The notes under the pieces: model-generated
Told to the model about the DNA's origin: nothing
The model's database searches: none
The model's input: only the letters and a program-made list of their open reading frames with translations
Shown here: piece after piece, positions 34,580-46,700 of the stretch
How the letters are laid out: every line of letters begins with the position of its first letter
Position numbering within the stretch: the stretch's first letter is position 1
Translations under genes and position numbers: made by a program
Source of the DNA: Amphiscolops sp. MND2022
Taxonomy: Eukaryota
NCBI GenBank assembly: GCA_964187785.1
Contig: OZ076412.1
Coordinates: 11,098,001-11,162,000, forward strand
Direction of reading: 5' to 3'
Length of the DNA: 64,000 nt

Positions 34580-35288
34580 AACATAATTATAGTCAAAATG
34601 TGTGAACAATGTTTTGTTCAAGCTAAAAATTGTTCCAATAGACGTTAACTTCCCGTTAGGAAAAAATGTTTTACTTTTAATTAGGCTAGTCTAAAGTTTT
34701 TAAGGGAATTTCTTTCAAAAATTTTGATGGTGGGGGGGGACAGAAAAGAGCCAAAATCTCTGGTAGAAATGTGCATCACCTGGCTAATTTTTAATGCTAA
34801 AAACAATTTTGAAAAAGTGAAATGGACTTTTTAGAAGGTTTTTGCATGAAAGTCAATTTCAAACAAATCATGATTTTTTCTTTGTTGGAAGATTCAGGTG
34901 TGAAATCGTTTTTTATCGTAAAAGCTGGAAGTTTCAACGTGAACGAATGAACATAATATTGAAAGTGTTCAGGAACTGCAGACATGGTTCGAAATATACC
35001 GCCAGTTTTTGTTTCAGTCAACTTTTTTCAACCTTCCAATAACATACTATGCAGCTCAACAATTCTTAAATTTGTGCAACTTTGCTAGATTTCTGCAATA
35101 CGACAAGCAATGTCTTACATTGTGATATTGTACAATAATTTGTAAATTTTCCTGTACTTGCTAATGTTTTCAATATTTTTTACGAGATCGTTACTGGCAC
35201 TGTAAAGAGGCTCTGCAGCTTGCTGCGTATGTGACACCCTGATTTTCTTAGACATGACCTCACTGCAACATGACGGTCTCCCAGACGG

Positions 35289-35780
35289 TTTTTTAGTCGG
35301 CGCTTTTCTTTAGAAAAGAGTCGACTATAGTCATGGCTTTTCGTCAGTGTTTTTTTAAGACCACCTGAACTGACCAAAATAGTTCTACAAAAGTTCTACA
35401 AAATATTATTGCTCCAAATTGCACCATTTGGCCTAGCGAACTGACCCAAAAGGTTTTTCCTGTTTTCCCGCGTAACATACCATACCGAGTGAGACCAAAG
35501 GGTACCCCCTTCAATTTTTTTTGCTGATTTACGACAGAATGGATGTTGGAAAATCCCAAAGGGTCCCCCCTTCAATTTTTTTTGCTGATTTACGACAGAA
35601 TGGATGTTGGAAAATCCCAAAGGGTCCCCCCTTTCAGTTTTTGTCGGCATTGTGAGACTTGTTTTCATATTTTTTTTTCATATAAGTAGTCCCAATTCAC
35701 CAATACTTGGAAATGTTGAAGTCCTTTTGCTATTTTTGAGTCTTGGATATGGCGCCGACTTGGGCCGTTCCCGGCTTGTT
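35289..35780 (-). mobile_element. HINE-like element, complete
   Basis: TTTTTTAGTCGGCGCTTTTCTTTAGAAAAGAGTCGACTA ... GATATGGCGCCGACTTGGGCCGTTCCCGGCTTGTT. Confidence 0.75.
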
Positions 35781-36689
35781 ATTGGTTGTACACAGTACAC
35801 AACCAGTTAAGTCTGAAATACTTTATAAAATCCGATACGGACGCAAAAGGCGCACAATAGTTCTTCGAGAATGCGCCCTGCAATAGTTTCGAAGGATAAT
35901 CTCAAACGTGCCTGCTCGGGATTTCTTTTCCAGTCCCCGGAATAAAGTAGTGATACTTCTGAAAGCAACAAAAGGCAAATCTCAAAATCGAATATCTCTA
36001 AAATAGCAGCGATTTCTTAAAAATGATGGAAGTGAAAGTTTCTTAGAATTTATCTAGGGGGATTTTTGCTGTAGGGGGGATATAGTGAAAGAGATCCCTG
36101 ATCTGCTTTGTTGTTATTTTTTCTATTCAAGTGTCAGTTAGTGCATTTGTTTTTCCTCTAGTAACAAAGGACTCTGAAGGACACTTATTTCATTTAGATG
36201 TGCTCCTCAAGATCTAATATTCATACCCTAAATAGTTCGTTTTTCTGTATTCACTTTCATTCATGAGTTTAAAAAAGTCAAGTTTAGTTGGGTAAAAATT
36301 TGTTCTTGCAGTTAAGTTGTTTACTTTAATTATTTTTTTAGTGTATTCTTGTGCTGCTAGTTGATCTCATTAGTTTGATTTTGTCTTTGCAACAGTGGAA
36401 GCTATATTATACATCTACGTTCTTCGAAAATGCCACTGCAGTTCCACAAAGTTTGCTCCGTTGTGTCATTATAGCTATCCCATACATTTTAATGGACCTT
36501 GGTTGAACTTTCATGGCTTCTTATGGGACCATTTTTCGACAATTTGTTTTCTCGACGGCGCCTGTTGTTTGTCGTTCGAAACCCAAAATAGTGATATCTA
36601 AGATAGTGAATCAGGTTTAAATTTCGTGAATGAGACAACAGTGGATGAACAGACAATTTCAAGTAATTTTTTCTTTGAAGATGAGGGTA

Positions 36690-37232
36690 TTTTTAGTCGG
36701 CGCTTTTCTTTAGAAAAGAGTCGACTATAGTCATGGCTTTTCGTCAGTGTTTTTTTAAGACCACCTGAACTGACCAAAATAGTTCTACCAAAAGTTCTAC
36801 AAACTTTTCAGAAGACGCCAAAATGTACCTGTTGACCCAAGGAGCTGAACCAAAAAGGTTTCCCGCGTAACATACAATACCGGACGAGACCAAAGGGTCC
36901 ATTTTTTCGGCACTGTGCGACTTTTTTCAAAAAAACTTTTTTCACCTCGAAAGGCCCCCCCTTTAATTTTTTTGGAGTTTTGCAACAGAATGGATGTTGA
37001 AAAATCCCGAAGGGTCTTCCCTTTCAGTTTTTTTGGAGTTTTGCAACAGAATGGATGTTGAAAAATCCCAAAGGCTCCTCCCTTTCAGTTTTTGTCGGCA
37101 TTGTGAGACTTTTTTCCAAAAAAAATTTTTCATAAAAGGGTCCCCAACTCACCAATACTTTGACACATTGAAGTCCTTTTGCTATTTTTGAGCCTTAGAT
37201 ATGGCGCCGACTTGGGCCGGTCCCGGCTTGTT
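36690..37232 (-). mobile_element. HINE-like element, complete
   Basis: Same termini as 35289-35780; the first ~100 bp are essentially identical. Confidence 0.75.
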
Positions 37233-38219
37233 AAAACAAAAACTGTGTTCCAGTAAACATGATCCTTATTTTCTTTATTATCTTGAATTTTGATTAGAAC
37301 AAACGTTGAACAAAACTCAAAGTAAAAAATCTCCCACGAAAAATTGGACTGATCTTATTCGCAGTTTAAATTGCAGATTAGTCCAGTAGTGATTAATCAA
37401 TTTGGGCAGTAGTCTTTTCAAATGCAAATCATTATTGTTCCCACTCAATGTGAGCCAGAGTGATGTGCCGGGATGAAAAGATTTGACAGAAGCAGCTATT
37501 TGACGTGATTCAATTATCTTAACTCTTGTTTCGGGTCACTAACCTATGGCCATGTCATAATTTGGCAGCAAGCATTACGTAATATTACGCAATGTCCCTG
37601 ATTATTAATCAGGCTATCTGAAATTACTTCCTTCCTTGCTCACATACCGCGAAATTGTATAATAGAGGATTATATTTCGAGGACTAAATTCGGAAGCATT
37701 TGTTTGTCTATTATATTCACTTTCTTTGTCCCAGCTTGTACAGGAAATGTGCCCAATGAAATTTGAGAGTTTTAAAATAATTGCTAAAGATCAATCCAGC
37801 GGCCCTAGATAGAATTGAGACTGAGACGTACTTAGTGAGACTCTCTAGTTCACACTGATAAGGCATCAATCGACAATCAAGTTTTACTTCCTGAAACTCG
37901 CAACAGTATGAGGTCAAAATATTCCTTCAAAACTTCCTGAATTTTCGCCATGTTCGCATGCCTATAGTACCCCAAAGACAGGAGCTGAAAGACATTTCAT
38001 CAGTTGAATCAGGGTCGATTTTTAAATTTCCTCCACCGGGGGTTGAGCGGTATGACGGATTTACAAACGAGGTCGCTCCGAAACAAGAACACCAGTTGAA
38101 ACTTTGAATGTAGGAAAACGGCTCATTTTACCGCTCACACGGCTGTGAAATCAGTTCCAAAGGGGGCAAACGCCCTTGACTTGAATAGCGACTGGTTTCA
38201 CAGAAGACTGACACTAAAG

Positions 38220-38633
38220 CAGGGTGTCAAAATCTGTTTTTTTTAAATTGGAAAAAACGTTTTTTATCGATTTTTTGTAATTTATGTTTTTTATTTGAAA
38301 ATGATACAAACAGATATATAAGCATCAAATTGATCAAATTGTACGAAAGTGAGTTAAACAGTATTTAACTGTCTATAGAGAAATGCCATTTTTCTGCTTT
38401 CTGAACTTCCAAATCCAAATTGCTTCAAGTGGGACAATATTTTCAAAGCAATCTTGACATTGGGCCCGGGTTCTTCCGTCGCTTTCAATTTCCTTGAAGA
38501 AAGCCATATTCTGCCCTGTTTTCGACCCGTTCTGATCTGAAGAAGGAAACTGTTTTAGAACATGTTTTTTGCCTGTTTTAAAAACATGTTTTAGCTACTG
38601 TTTCAAAACATGTATTAAAACATAATAACCCTG
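38220..38633 (-). mobile_element. hAT MITE, internal-deletion derivative of a transposase gene
   Basis: CAGGGT...ACCCTG termini; perfect TSD CACTAAAG. The minus strand keeps transposase N-terminal and C-terminal codons fused. Confidence 0.9.
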
Positions 38634-38681
38634 CACTAAAGTACAAAGATTGAGTCAAAATTAGTTGTTTTCACTTGTAAC

Positions 38682-39148
38682 CAGGGGTGTTTAATTAATC
38701 ATTGCAAGGAACAATTATTGCAATTAAACAATTACAATTATTGATTTAACGACTCTGTTTTCCAACAATTATTGATTGCGCGTAATCCTGTGAGGAAATT
38801 ATTAATTGCAGTGTAACATTTTCCCCGAATTCCACCAACCTCGAACGTGGCAGAGCGACTTTTTAGTCGAGCGAAATTTATGATGACTGATTATAGAAAG
38901 AAACTTTCGCCTAGCAATTTTGAGTCTCAAATCGTTTTGATGATTTAAAAAAAGCATTTTGGACTCATTTTGATGTACAAGAAATTTTGTAAATTCAAGC
39001 TTCTTCATCGGTTTGTTTTTGACCACAATAATTTCAATTATTGATTTTTTAGAAGTGAAAAATCAAATTATTGATTTTTGAAGGCTTAAATATAAATATA
39101 TTGATTATTTTGAGTCAATATATTACAATACAATAATGAACACCCCTG
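38682..39148 (+). mobile_element. hAT MITE retaining the dimerisation-domain remnant
   Basis: TIR CAGGGGTGTT; perfect TSD CTTGTAAC. 38826-38948 translates to RIPPTSNVAERLFSRAKFMMTDYRKKLSPSNFESQIVLMI*. Confidence 0.9.
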
Positions 39149-39831
39149 CTTGTAACCCATTTGAGGAAGGTTAAAAGATGAATAATTGCACTGAGGTTTA
39201 AGGTGCCTGGTTGACTATTCCTTATGAAGCAAGTGATTGATTATGATGACTGAGAGTTATCCTGACCTGTTTGTTCAGTTTATTGTTACCAAATGCTGAT
39301 AAACCTTTGACGAAACGATCAGAAAGAGAAACTCTTCAACCTAAATCGGAGAAGCTCATTTCAAGATCTCAGTCTATTTGGCTTAAATACTTACTAATGA
39401 CTTACTACTTCCTTTAAGCGGTTAAGTAAACTTGATTTGCATTAGCTGTTCTTGAATCACTTAACATTGCTTGCTTTTTCTTCATAGTTTGCATGTAGAT
39501 GAATTTTGCCCAAAGTTACAAGGGCTGGGCTTGTCGTCATAATCTATAGCTTAGATGTGCTTGCTTCTGCGAAGTTTCATGTTTGTTTTTAGCCGAAGTT
39601 TCTCAACTTGATCTAGAAGAAAGTGAGATATTTATCTATCGTTATCACGTTCACGTTCTGTAAGGAAGAGAATGAACTTTCTCAAACCGCCGTTCATTGT
39701 CATGTACATTTGTGTATGTATATGTATACACACGATTGTTTCACAAATGCAACATATTTTCATACAATCGCATCGAGTGAATGTACCACCTATGTAATCG
39801 TTGTCATCTCAAACTCGTTACTGGGAGAACG

Positions 39832-40324
39832 TTTTCAGTCGGCGCTTTATCCTTTTAAGGAAAAATGCCCGACTATAGCAGTGACCTTTTTTCCTCAGAC
39901 TACAATCCTCACACTGATCGGTCCACTTTTTAGAAACAATCCTGAAACCACCTAAGGCCAAGTCCGGCCAAGGCAAACTTAGTCCAAAGGTTCCCCCTTT
40001 CATTTCTTACTTTTTTTTTACTTTCAAGGAAACCTTCAAAACCGGACGTGCCTAAAGGGTCCCCTTTGGTTTTTTTCGGCACTGTGCGACTTTTTTTGGA
40101 AAATTTTTAATGTCCCCAAAGGGTCCCCTCTTGGAGTTTTTTCATATTTTGCAACTGAATGTATGTTAATAAATCCCAAAGGGTCCCCCCTCTTACATTT
40201 TTTGGCACTATGCGACATTTTCCGAAAGAAAAAAATTCAAAAATTTCAATGTTTTTCTTCCAAAAAAGTTTTGCGCTTCTTGAGCCTTAGATATAGCGCC
40301 GACTTTAGACGTTCTCGTCTAGTT
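39832..40324 (-). mobile_element. HINE-like element (hairpin variant TCCTT-TT-AAGGA)
   Basis: TTTTCAGTCGGCGC...CCCGACTA ... GATATAGCGCCGACTTTAGACGTTCTCGTCTAGTT. Confidence 0.7.
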
Positions 40325-40553
40325 CAGCTTTCGCAAGACTCTGAAATAGTTCATTTGATGCTGTATAACCAATGGAATGGATCTGTTAAAATTCGCATTA
40401 ACTAAATGATTGAAACCCATTATGGGAATTCATTGCATTTTCTTTATTCAAGTATGATGTCTTGCATTGCCGATTTTGTTACAGATTGCTATTTTCATTA
40501 AAAAATTTAATATGCCAAAATGGTTATTTTTCATCTACATGACTTTTCCTTCA

Positions 40554-41188
40554 TTTTTAGTCGGCGCTTCATGAGTGAAACGCGACTATTATAGTGACTT
40601 TTTTTTCTATCCACACGAACTGACTAAAATAGTTCTACAAAAGTTCTACAAAATATTATTGCATCAAAATGCACTATTTGGTCTAGCGAACTGAACCAAA
40701 AAGGTTTTTCCGGTTTTTCCGCGTAACATACCATACCGGGCGAGACCAAAGACTCCCCCCTTTCATTTTTTCGGCACTGCGAGACTTATTTTTCGAAAAA
40801 AAAAAATTTCCCCAAAGGGCGCCTCCTGCATTTTTTTTGATGTTTTGCGACAGAATGGATGTTAAAAAATCCCAAAGGGTCCCCCCTTTCAGTTTTTTTC
40901 GGCATTGTGAGATTTTTTCCCGAAAATGAAAATTTTTGTTTCCTTCAATTTTTTCATGTTTTGCGACAGAATGGATGTTGAAAAACCTCAAAGGGTCCAC
41001 CCTTTCAGTTTTTCGGCATTGTGAGACTTTAGCGCGCCACTCGGTCCATTTTTTTGAGTATGTAATTTTTTCGAAATTTTTTTTCAAAAAATTTCGATTT
41101 TCGAGTACTGTAAAAGAGTACTTGATACTTGGAAGTCTTTTTGCTATTTTTGAGCCTTGGATATGGCGCCGACTTGGGCCGGCTTGTT
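40554..41188 (-). mobile_element. HINE-like element, complete
   Basis: TTTTTAGTCGGCGCTTCATGAGTGAAACGCGACTA ... GATATGGCGCCGACTTGGGCCGGCTTGTT. Confidence 0.75.
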
Positions 41189-42414
41189 TCAAGAATATCA
41201 CGGTTTTCTGAGTCTTACTTGTGGGAATTCAGAAAATTGAAGACATGAATTTTGGCTCCGAAAACAAAAAAACCTTCCCAAAATATTCAGCCATTTAACA
41301 ACCCAAAATTAAAGCGTTTTCTTCGAGCACAGGATGGAAATGCCAATATATAAAATTTGTATAATTGGGTATGATTCCTGTGAAAATGAATGGCCCAGGG
41401 ATAGATAAGAAGAAACTTGGCGCCAATACAAACATGATTATCAATCAAAACCAGTCTCTGAATATCCTTGAGCATTACATGGAATCATTTTATGGGTGCC
41501 GACGAAATGCAAATTGGAAGAATTCTTAAAAGATATCAGTCATTGTCTTATCTAAAAAGATCTTTCAAGATGATGAATGTTATGTCAGGAACCATGAAGA
41601 AAAATAAACATCAAAATGCTATTGATTGTGAGGCAAAAGGTAAATGAGAAAAATATATTACTCATTGAGATAGCATTCTGTGCCTTAGGAGGCATTATAT
41701 TGAAAAATAATTTAGAGGCAATTAAGCCATGATGATGCTTAATCTAAAATTCATGGTGTCAACAAGAAGTGACTTGTGTTCAACCGGGAAAAGAATGGCT
41801 GTCTAATCGAGTATTGATTGTTTAGAACACTCTTTCTTGAGCTTCACTCGCTTGTGGCTGTCGCCGCCTCCTCCCCTATGAATAATTCGGTCTGTCTTCC
41901 TTCCACCAGAAAAGAGAGAAGACCAACGCTTAATGCGAATCAATGTTGCACATGAAAATGATGGACCGTGTTTTCAAATGTACACTTTTTAATGTTGTTG
42001 AGACTGCTCTTTTTTTTCAATTGTGTTTCAACCATTAATGCAGCCACCTGAAAAAATGAGGCACTATGATGATGATTGTGACTGAATATTATTACGCTGT
42101 TGCTCCTACAGTTGTGCTCAGTACTGTTAGTTTGCAGATGATTGAAGATGCTTTGCCGCGACGCTGGAGCGAAAACTCGGAGCTGAGGTTGTTAATCAAT
42201 GCGAATGCTCTCATGAATTTTTCATATCAAACTCCGTAGGTCGTTACTGAGATATTATCCATCGGCCGCTAAGCATTGCTGCTTTTAGAGTAGCACCGTC
42301 ACGCTAGTTTGAATCAATTTTGTAATCACAAAATGCAATGACTGGATGAGAAGCATTGAAAAATGTTATGTGTTTTTGTAACTCTGGTTCTGCTCCATCA
42401 ATGTCGCAATAACA

Positions 42415-42446
42415 TGACGTAATAAATGACGTAATTAGTGACGTCA
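42415..42446. promoter_or_regulatory. Cluster of three CRE/ATF-like sites with 12-bp spacing
   Basis: TGACGTAA (42415), TGACGTAA (42427), TGACGTCA (42439); a CCAAT near 42644 and a GC-richer tract at 42900-43400, just upstream of the DDR-like exons. Confidence 0.35.
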
Positions 42447-43638
42447 TGGGGTGTGAAGGAATTGGAAGAAGGGGCTTTGTGAACTGAGCGACTGATATGA
42501 GTGAGAAGTATATTATATTAAAAGTAATGGGGCGTGCTAGTTCGCTTGGATTAGCTTATTGTGGTCTCCTATAGTCACTAATTGGGAGACCCTCCTTCTT
42601 ATCATAATGTAAATTAGTATTCCCCTCTGTCGCCCCATCTAAACCAATCACTCGTGCTTGCTCCTAAATGTTTCCCCCGGGAATGGATTTTCGGGGTCGC
42701 GCTGGGAGAGAAAAACATTGATTCCCTGTTCCGCCACTTCTACGTTGCCAAGTAAAAGCACTACTCAAGTCTGCTACCGTGGTAATAGCAAAAGATGAGA
42801 CTTGCGTAATTTGGGATGTCGCTATAATGTTCAAGAGGAAAAGAATTGAGATGTGCGCGATTGCGAAATTAAAAACGACACAGAACTGAGAAAAATTAAA
42901 TTTTGGATGCCGTGGAAGCGAAGGCGAGCGGCGGGAGGGCTGCCGGCGGACCGGCCCGTTTTTGATGTGACTTCTTTCAAATTAACATCACACGTGCGCC
43001 TAGCTAATTCTCTGAGCAGCAATAAAAGCACGTTTCCTCATATTTTCTTTACACTTGTTGTGACGCCATTGCCTCAGTGCCTACCAAGTGAGGTTGTGGC
43101 GATGCTGGATGGGGCAACAACGTTGCCAAATAAAAATGGTGCTTTTTCTTTTTCTCTCCGGCTTGGAGGACTTGCTAACCGTTCTAGCATATCAAAGCAA
43201 TCGGCCCATGCGCCTCGCTGGCGCTTTTTCACACCGTCTCTACCGCTGCAATATTCCGCAACAGTTAAGAAGGGTCTGACTATAAATGGAAATACCCGCG
43301 GGCAGAGAAGCGCGCGAGTTGGGTAATTTAACTGACCATTTTCATGTCCGATGTCATAAATTACGAGAAAAAAGGCCTGGGACGGATTACAAAGGCCCGC
43401 GAAGGCATAAAATTAATGGCTTGGAATATGCAACGATTCTCATCAGCTCTGAAATGACCTCAACTTTGCGCGCGCTTTCTCTATTCGCCAAATTACATAG
43501 GTCATTGAATAGTTTTTTTGCCTTTTCATGAGAAAATTTGAGGACAAAAACATGGAATTTTCACTGAGTGCCTTTGTTTTCACTGGATATATTTATTTCC
43601 ATAAAAGGATTTTTTAGCCATGGAATTGTCTGTTTCAG

Positions 43639-43705
43639 GCTGTGAAGAAGATATCCCTGTGAAGATATTGAAAGCAACGTCACCGACATTAGCTGTGGAA
43701 ATTCT
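43639..43705 (+). CDS. DDR: DDR-like exon: start of discoidin domain (CEEDIPVKILKATSPTLAVEI)
   Basis: TGTTTCAG acceptor, GTTAGT donor, phase 1 to 2, fitting the next exon; supplies the first domain Cys. Confidence 0.5.
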
Positions 43706-46700
43706 GTTAGTCCCTTTATCTCTATCCTCACTTCTCTTTGAAAGCAGTTGGACACTTGTAAACACGCTGGACTGAAAAACAATTGTTCTCCCAAAAACTG
43801 CCAATCTTAGCATGCATTTTTCAATTCTTTTCACGCACAAATGAGTATCCTTAACAATTTTCGAAGTTCGCAATAATAAACAGTTCCGATGATGTTCTCA
43901 AATGATATTTTAGATTTTAAGCTATCTAGTTTTGACATTTTCATGTCAATTGAAACTACTTTTTGCTTTCAAAAGACTCAAAGCATTTTTGAAAACATAT
44001 TGAAGGACATTTTGGTTGAATACATGAACTGAAGTGGTACTCGAACTATTTTATGGCGAATTTCGAGGTGAAATCTAGTCGAATTGACTAAAAATCCTTT
44101 TAAATTCAATTTTATAATACATTCCTACTATCGTTGCTCCTCTAATATTCTTCGAAAATACTGTTTACAATATATTGAAAATGAAAAAAATGTATACTCA
44201 AAGTTGAATAAGAGAAATACTATATTCTCAATTTCATCGGAAATAGTTAAAATCAAAAACTCAATAATATTGAAAATGTACAAATTTAATGATAAAACAA
44301 GTCCGTGAAATGTCTATATAAATTCCTCGTATTTTCAACTCTGGCGTCTTGATGACTAAAAGTTCGTTGCGTTGACGTTTGGTGACATTTGACTCCAAAA
44401 ACGAATGAGTGTGTATGTTATCAACAGATTTCGTTTGTTACTGTAATTAAAATATCAACTGGTCAGAGTAGAAAAGAAAAAGTTCCATGATTTTATTGGG
44501 GAACAGATGTCACGACAGACCTCTTAAGCTAACCATTGTTAGGCCAATTTTATCCATTAAATGATTTATTAGTATGTTGTGTGAAGCAAGCGGTCATCGA
44601 ACTTCCATGTTCATTAGCTTGAACTCATGAAATTTTGATTGGTCTCTTCGAACCTTTTTTGTAAAACTGATGACAAGTGTCTCGATTGATTGTGCGTAAG
44701 ACAGTGTTATTACGGTTCAATTCAATACACGTGGAATTAGACTAGTTTAGAACAAAGATTTTCAGTTTAATGTTAGCAAAAAAATTGACGCAAATTGAAT
44801 TCTCAGCTTCTAACATTCGTTTGGCACTCACCCAACCTTCACCCTTCAAGATGACCTCGCAATAAAAGTTGATCAAACTCGAAGAGGCGTAATGATGTAA
44901 TGGTGATGTAATGGAATAATTCTCATTGCATTAAGTCTTCTAAATCCTATAAATTGAATCTAGAGCCTTCTTGGTGTGTTTTGCTGGTTCCTTGGCGCCT
45001 TTCCAGGCCAGTTTTGGCCAAAACCAATCGCTAAATCATTATACTGACCACACCGATTGCACCGGCACTTTACGGAAAAAATACTTTTTGGCGGTTTTTT
45101 CAAAAGTTAGAAAAGAGTTAAAAAGTTCTTCGAAGAGCCAAAATGTTTGAAAGGCTCCTCCTTTTCATATTTTAGCATTTCGCAAAAGGGTCGCTTTTGA
45201 TTTGTGGATATTTTCAGGTGGAAAAGGAAATAAGCCTTTTTGTGTCCAAAGGCGACTTGAAGTACTTTTTGCTTTTTGAGCCTTGAACAGGGCACCAAGT
45301 TATCCGTTCCGCCGAATGCTTTATTTTTTGTCACTGACCATACCATTAAGCTAGGGATGAAAGACTTGCTTAAGGCCCAAAAATGGTGTGTTGAGAGAGA
45401 TTCGAACCTGTTACCGCCCCAGTACAGGACAAATGCGCTAACCACTACACAATGTTGAAAGATTGTAATGTGAGATGTTTTTGCTTATGTAGTGGTCAGC
45501 ACACGATCAAAGTGGATGCCCGGAAACAGGCAGTGAAGGACCTCAGTGGGGGTTCCTCCGGGGCCAGTGGGGGCAATGGGGGAGCTGGGGGTTCGGACCA
45601 ACAGAACACCCTCTCTGACGAGTCTGCGTCTGCAATCACAAAACGAGAAGCTAACCCTAATCATCTATTATCTCCGCAATACATCGACGTTAGTTGTCCA
45701 CTCTACTTTCTCGCGCTACTGGCATACTTTGAAAAAAACTTCATTTTTTCAGATGTTTTAAAATAATTTTCACTTTCTTCCTATGTACAATCTAAATGGA
45801 AACAGGGAAAACATGTCTCAGCGACTTTGCCCAACACGCTGAACTTAAGTTAAAACTTAGTTGAATATGTGTCATGATTTACATTAATCATTTACACCAA
45901 CGAAATTTTGAGATAATGTACATGATGTAAATCATGACATTTTTGCCTATAGTTTCTCTTTTCTGGGCAATTTCAATTATGTAGGCATATTTTTTCTTCT
46001 GAAGCACGTAACGTATTTTATAATTCGAGAAAATGTTAATATATTTTTTTACTTTTTTCCAATCGAACTTGGTCAACTGCCGCAAATCGTTCACATTTTT
46101 TGTTGATTTTTTAATCAAACAAGTACAAATGTTCAGGGATTAGTCTAATCTATTAAAAGGCCAATGGAAAGATGAAAAGGCGGCGTTGATTAAACAAGCG
46201 GGGATTTTGGCTTGGGGAAAGTTAAAAAACAAATCAACAAACAATATCCAGTCTTATGGGGCTTAGAATTGAATTGCTCATAACGAGGCGGTCGGCCGAT
46301 TGGCATTGATTAAAGGGAGCTAATGCAAATTTTATGCCTGGGATTATTTAATAACATCGATGTTGCATCGATGTTCCCGCTGTTCTTGCTTTCCGGTCAA
46401 GACAGTGTTGCATCCTGCACCGCGGCAACGGTAATTGATTACTCTCACCGGGATTTTAGCGGCTCTGTTCCCAATGTTTATGACACCATGTTTGTTCAAG
46501 ATTGAAATTTTAATAAGATAGATTGCGTCGTGTAATAAGATATAGAGTGTATCTAGAGGTTATCAAACTTAGCGTCGTCCATCACTGCTTCTGCCTTAAT
46601 TAACGCATCTTGCAGTTCTAGAAATCAGTCAACCCGAACTGGTGTCGGTTGCAAACATTGAAGGGATTTTTTCCGCATCGTCAAATTCCCCGGTCAGCTG

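Larger units (their letters stand above)
32110..34752. mobile_element. MITE (~410 bp once the nested hAT is removed), GG...CC termini, possibly Merlin-type
   Basis: TIR GGCTCTTTTCTGTCCCCCCC; 8-bp TSD AAAATCTC (32102-32109, 34753-34760). Paralogs at ~54262 and ~56315. Confidence 0.8.

Noticed and set aside
40683-41201. 172-aa ORF and similar K/F-rich ORFs at 13-442, 35344-35810, 40036-40405 and 63216-63444
   Set aside because: Chance frames across HINE internal repeats.
42066-42187. MMMIVTEYYY...RWSENSEL as the first DDR exon
   Set aside because: Weak donors and a poor signal peptide; the 43639-43705 exon fits the phase and supplies the domain Cys better.
42853-43326. 157-aa ORF in the GC-rich tract
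   Set aside because: No domain or signal peptide, and long ORFs are expected by chance in GC-rich sequence.
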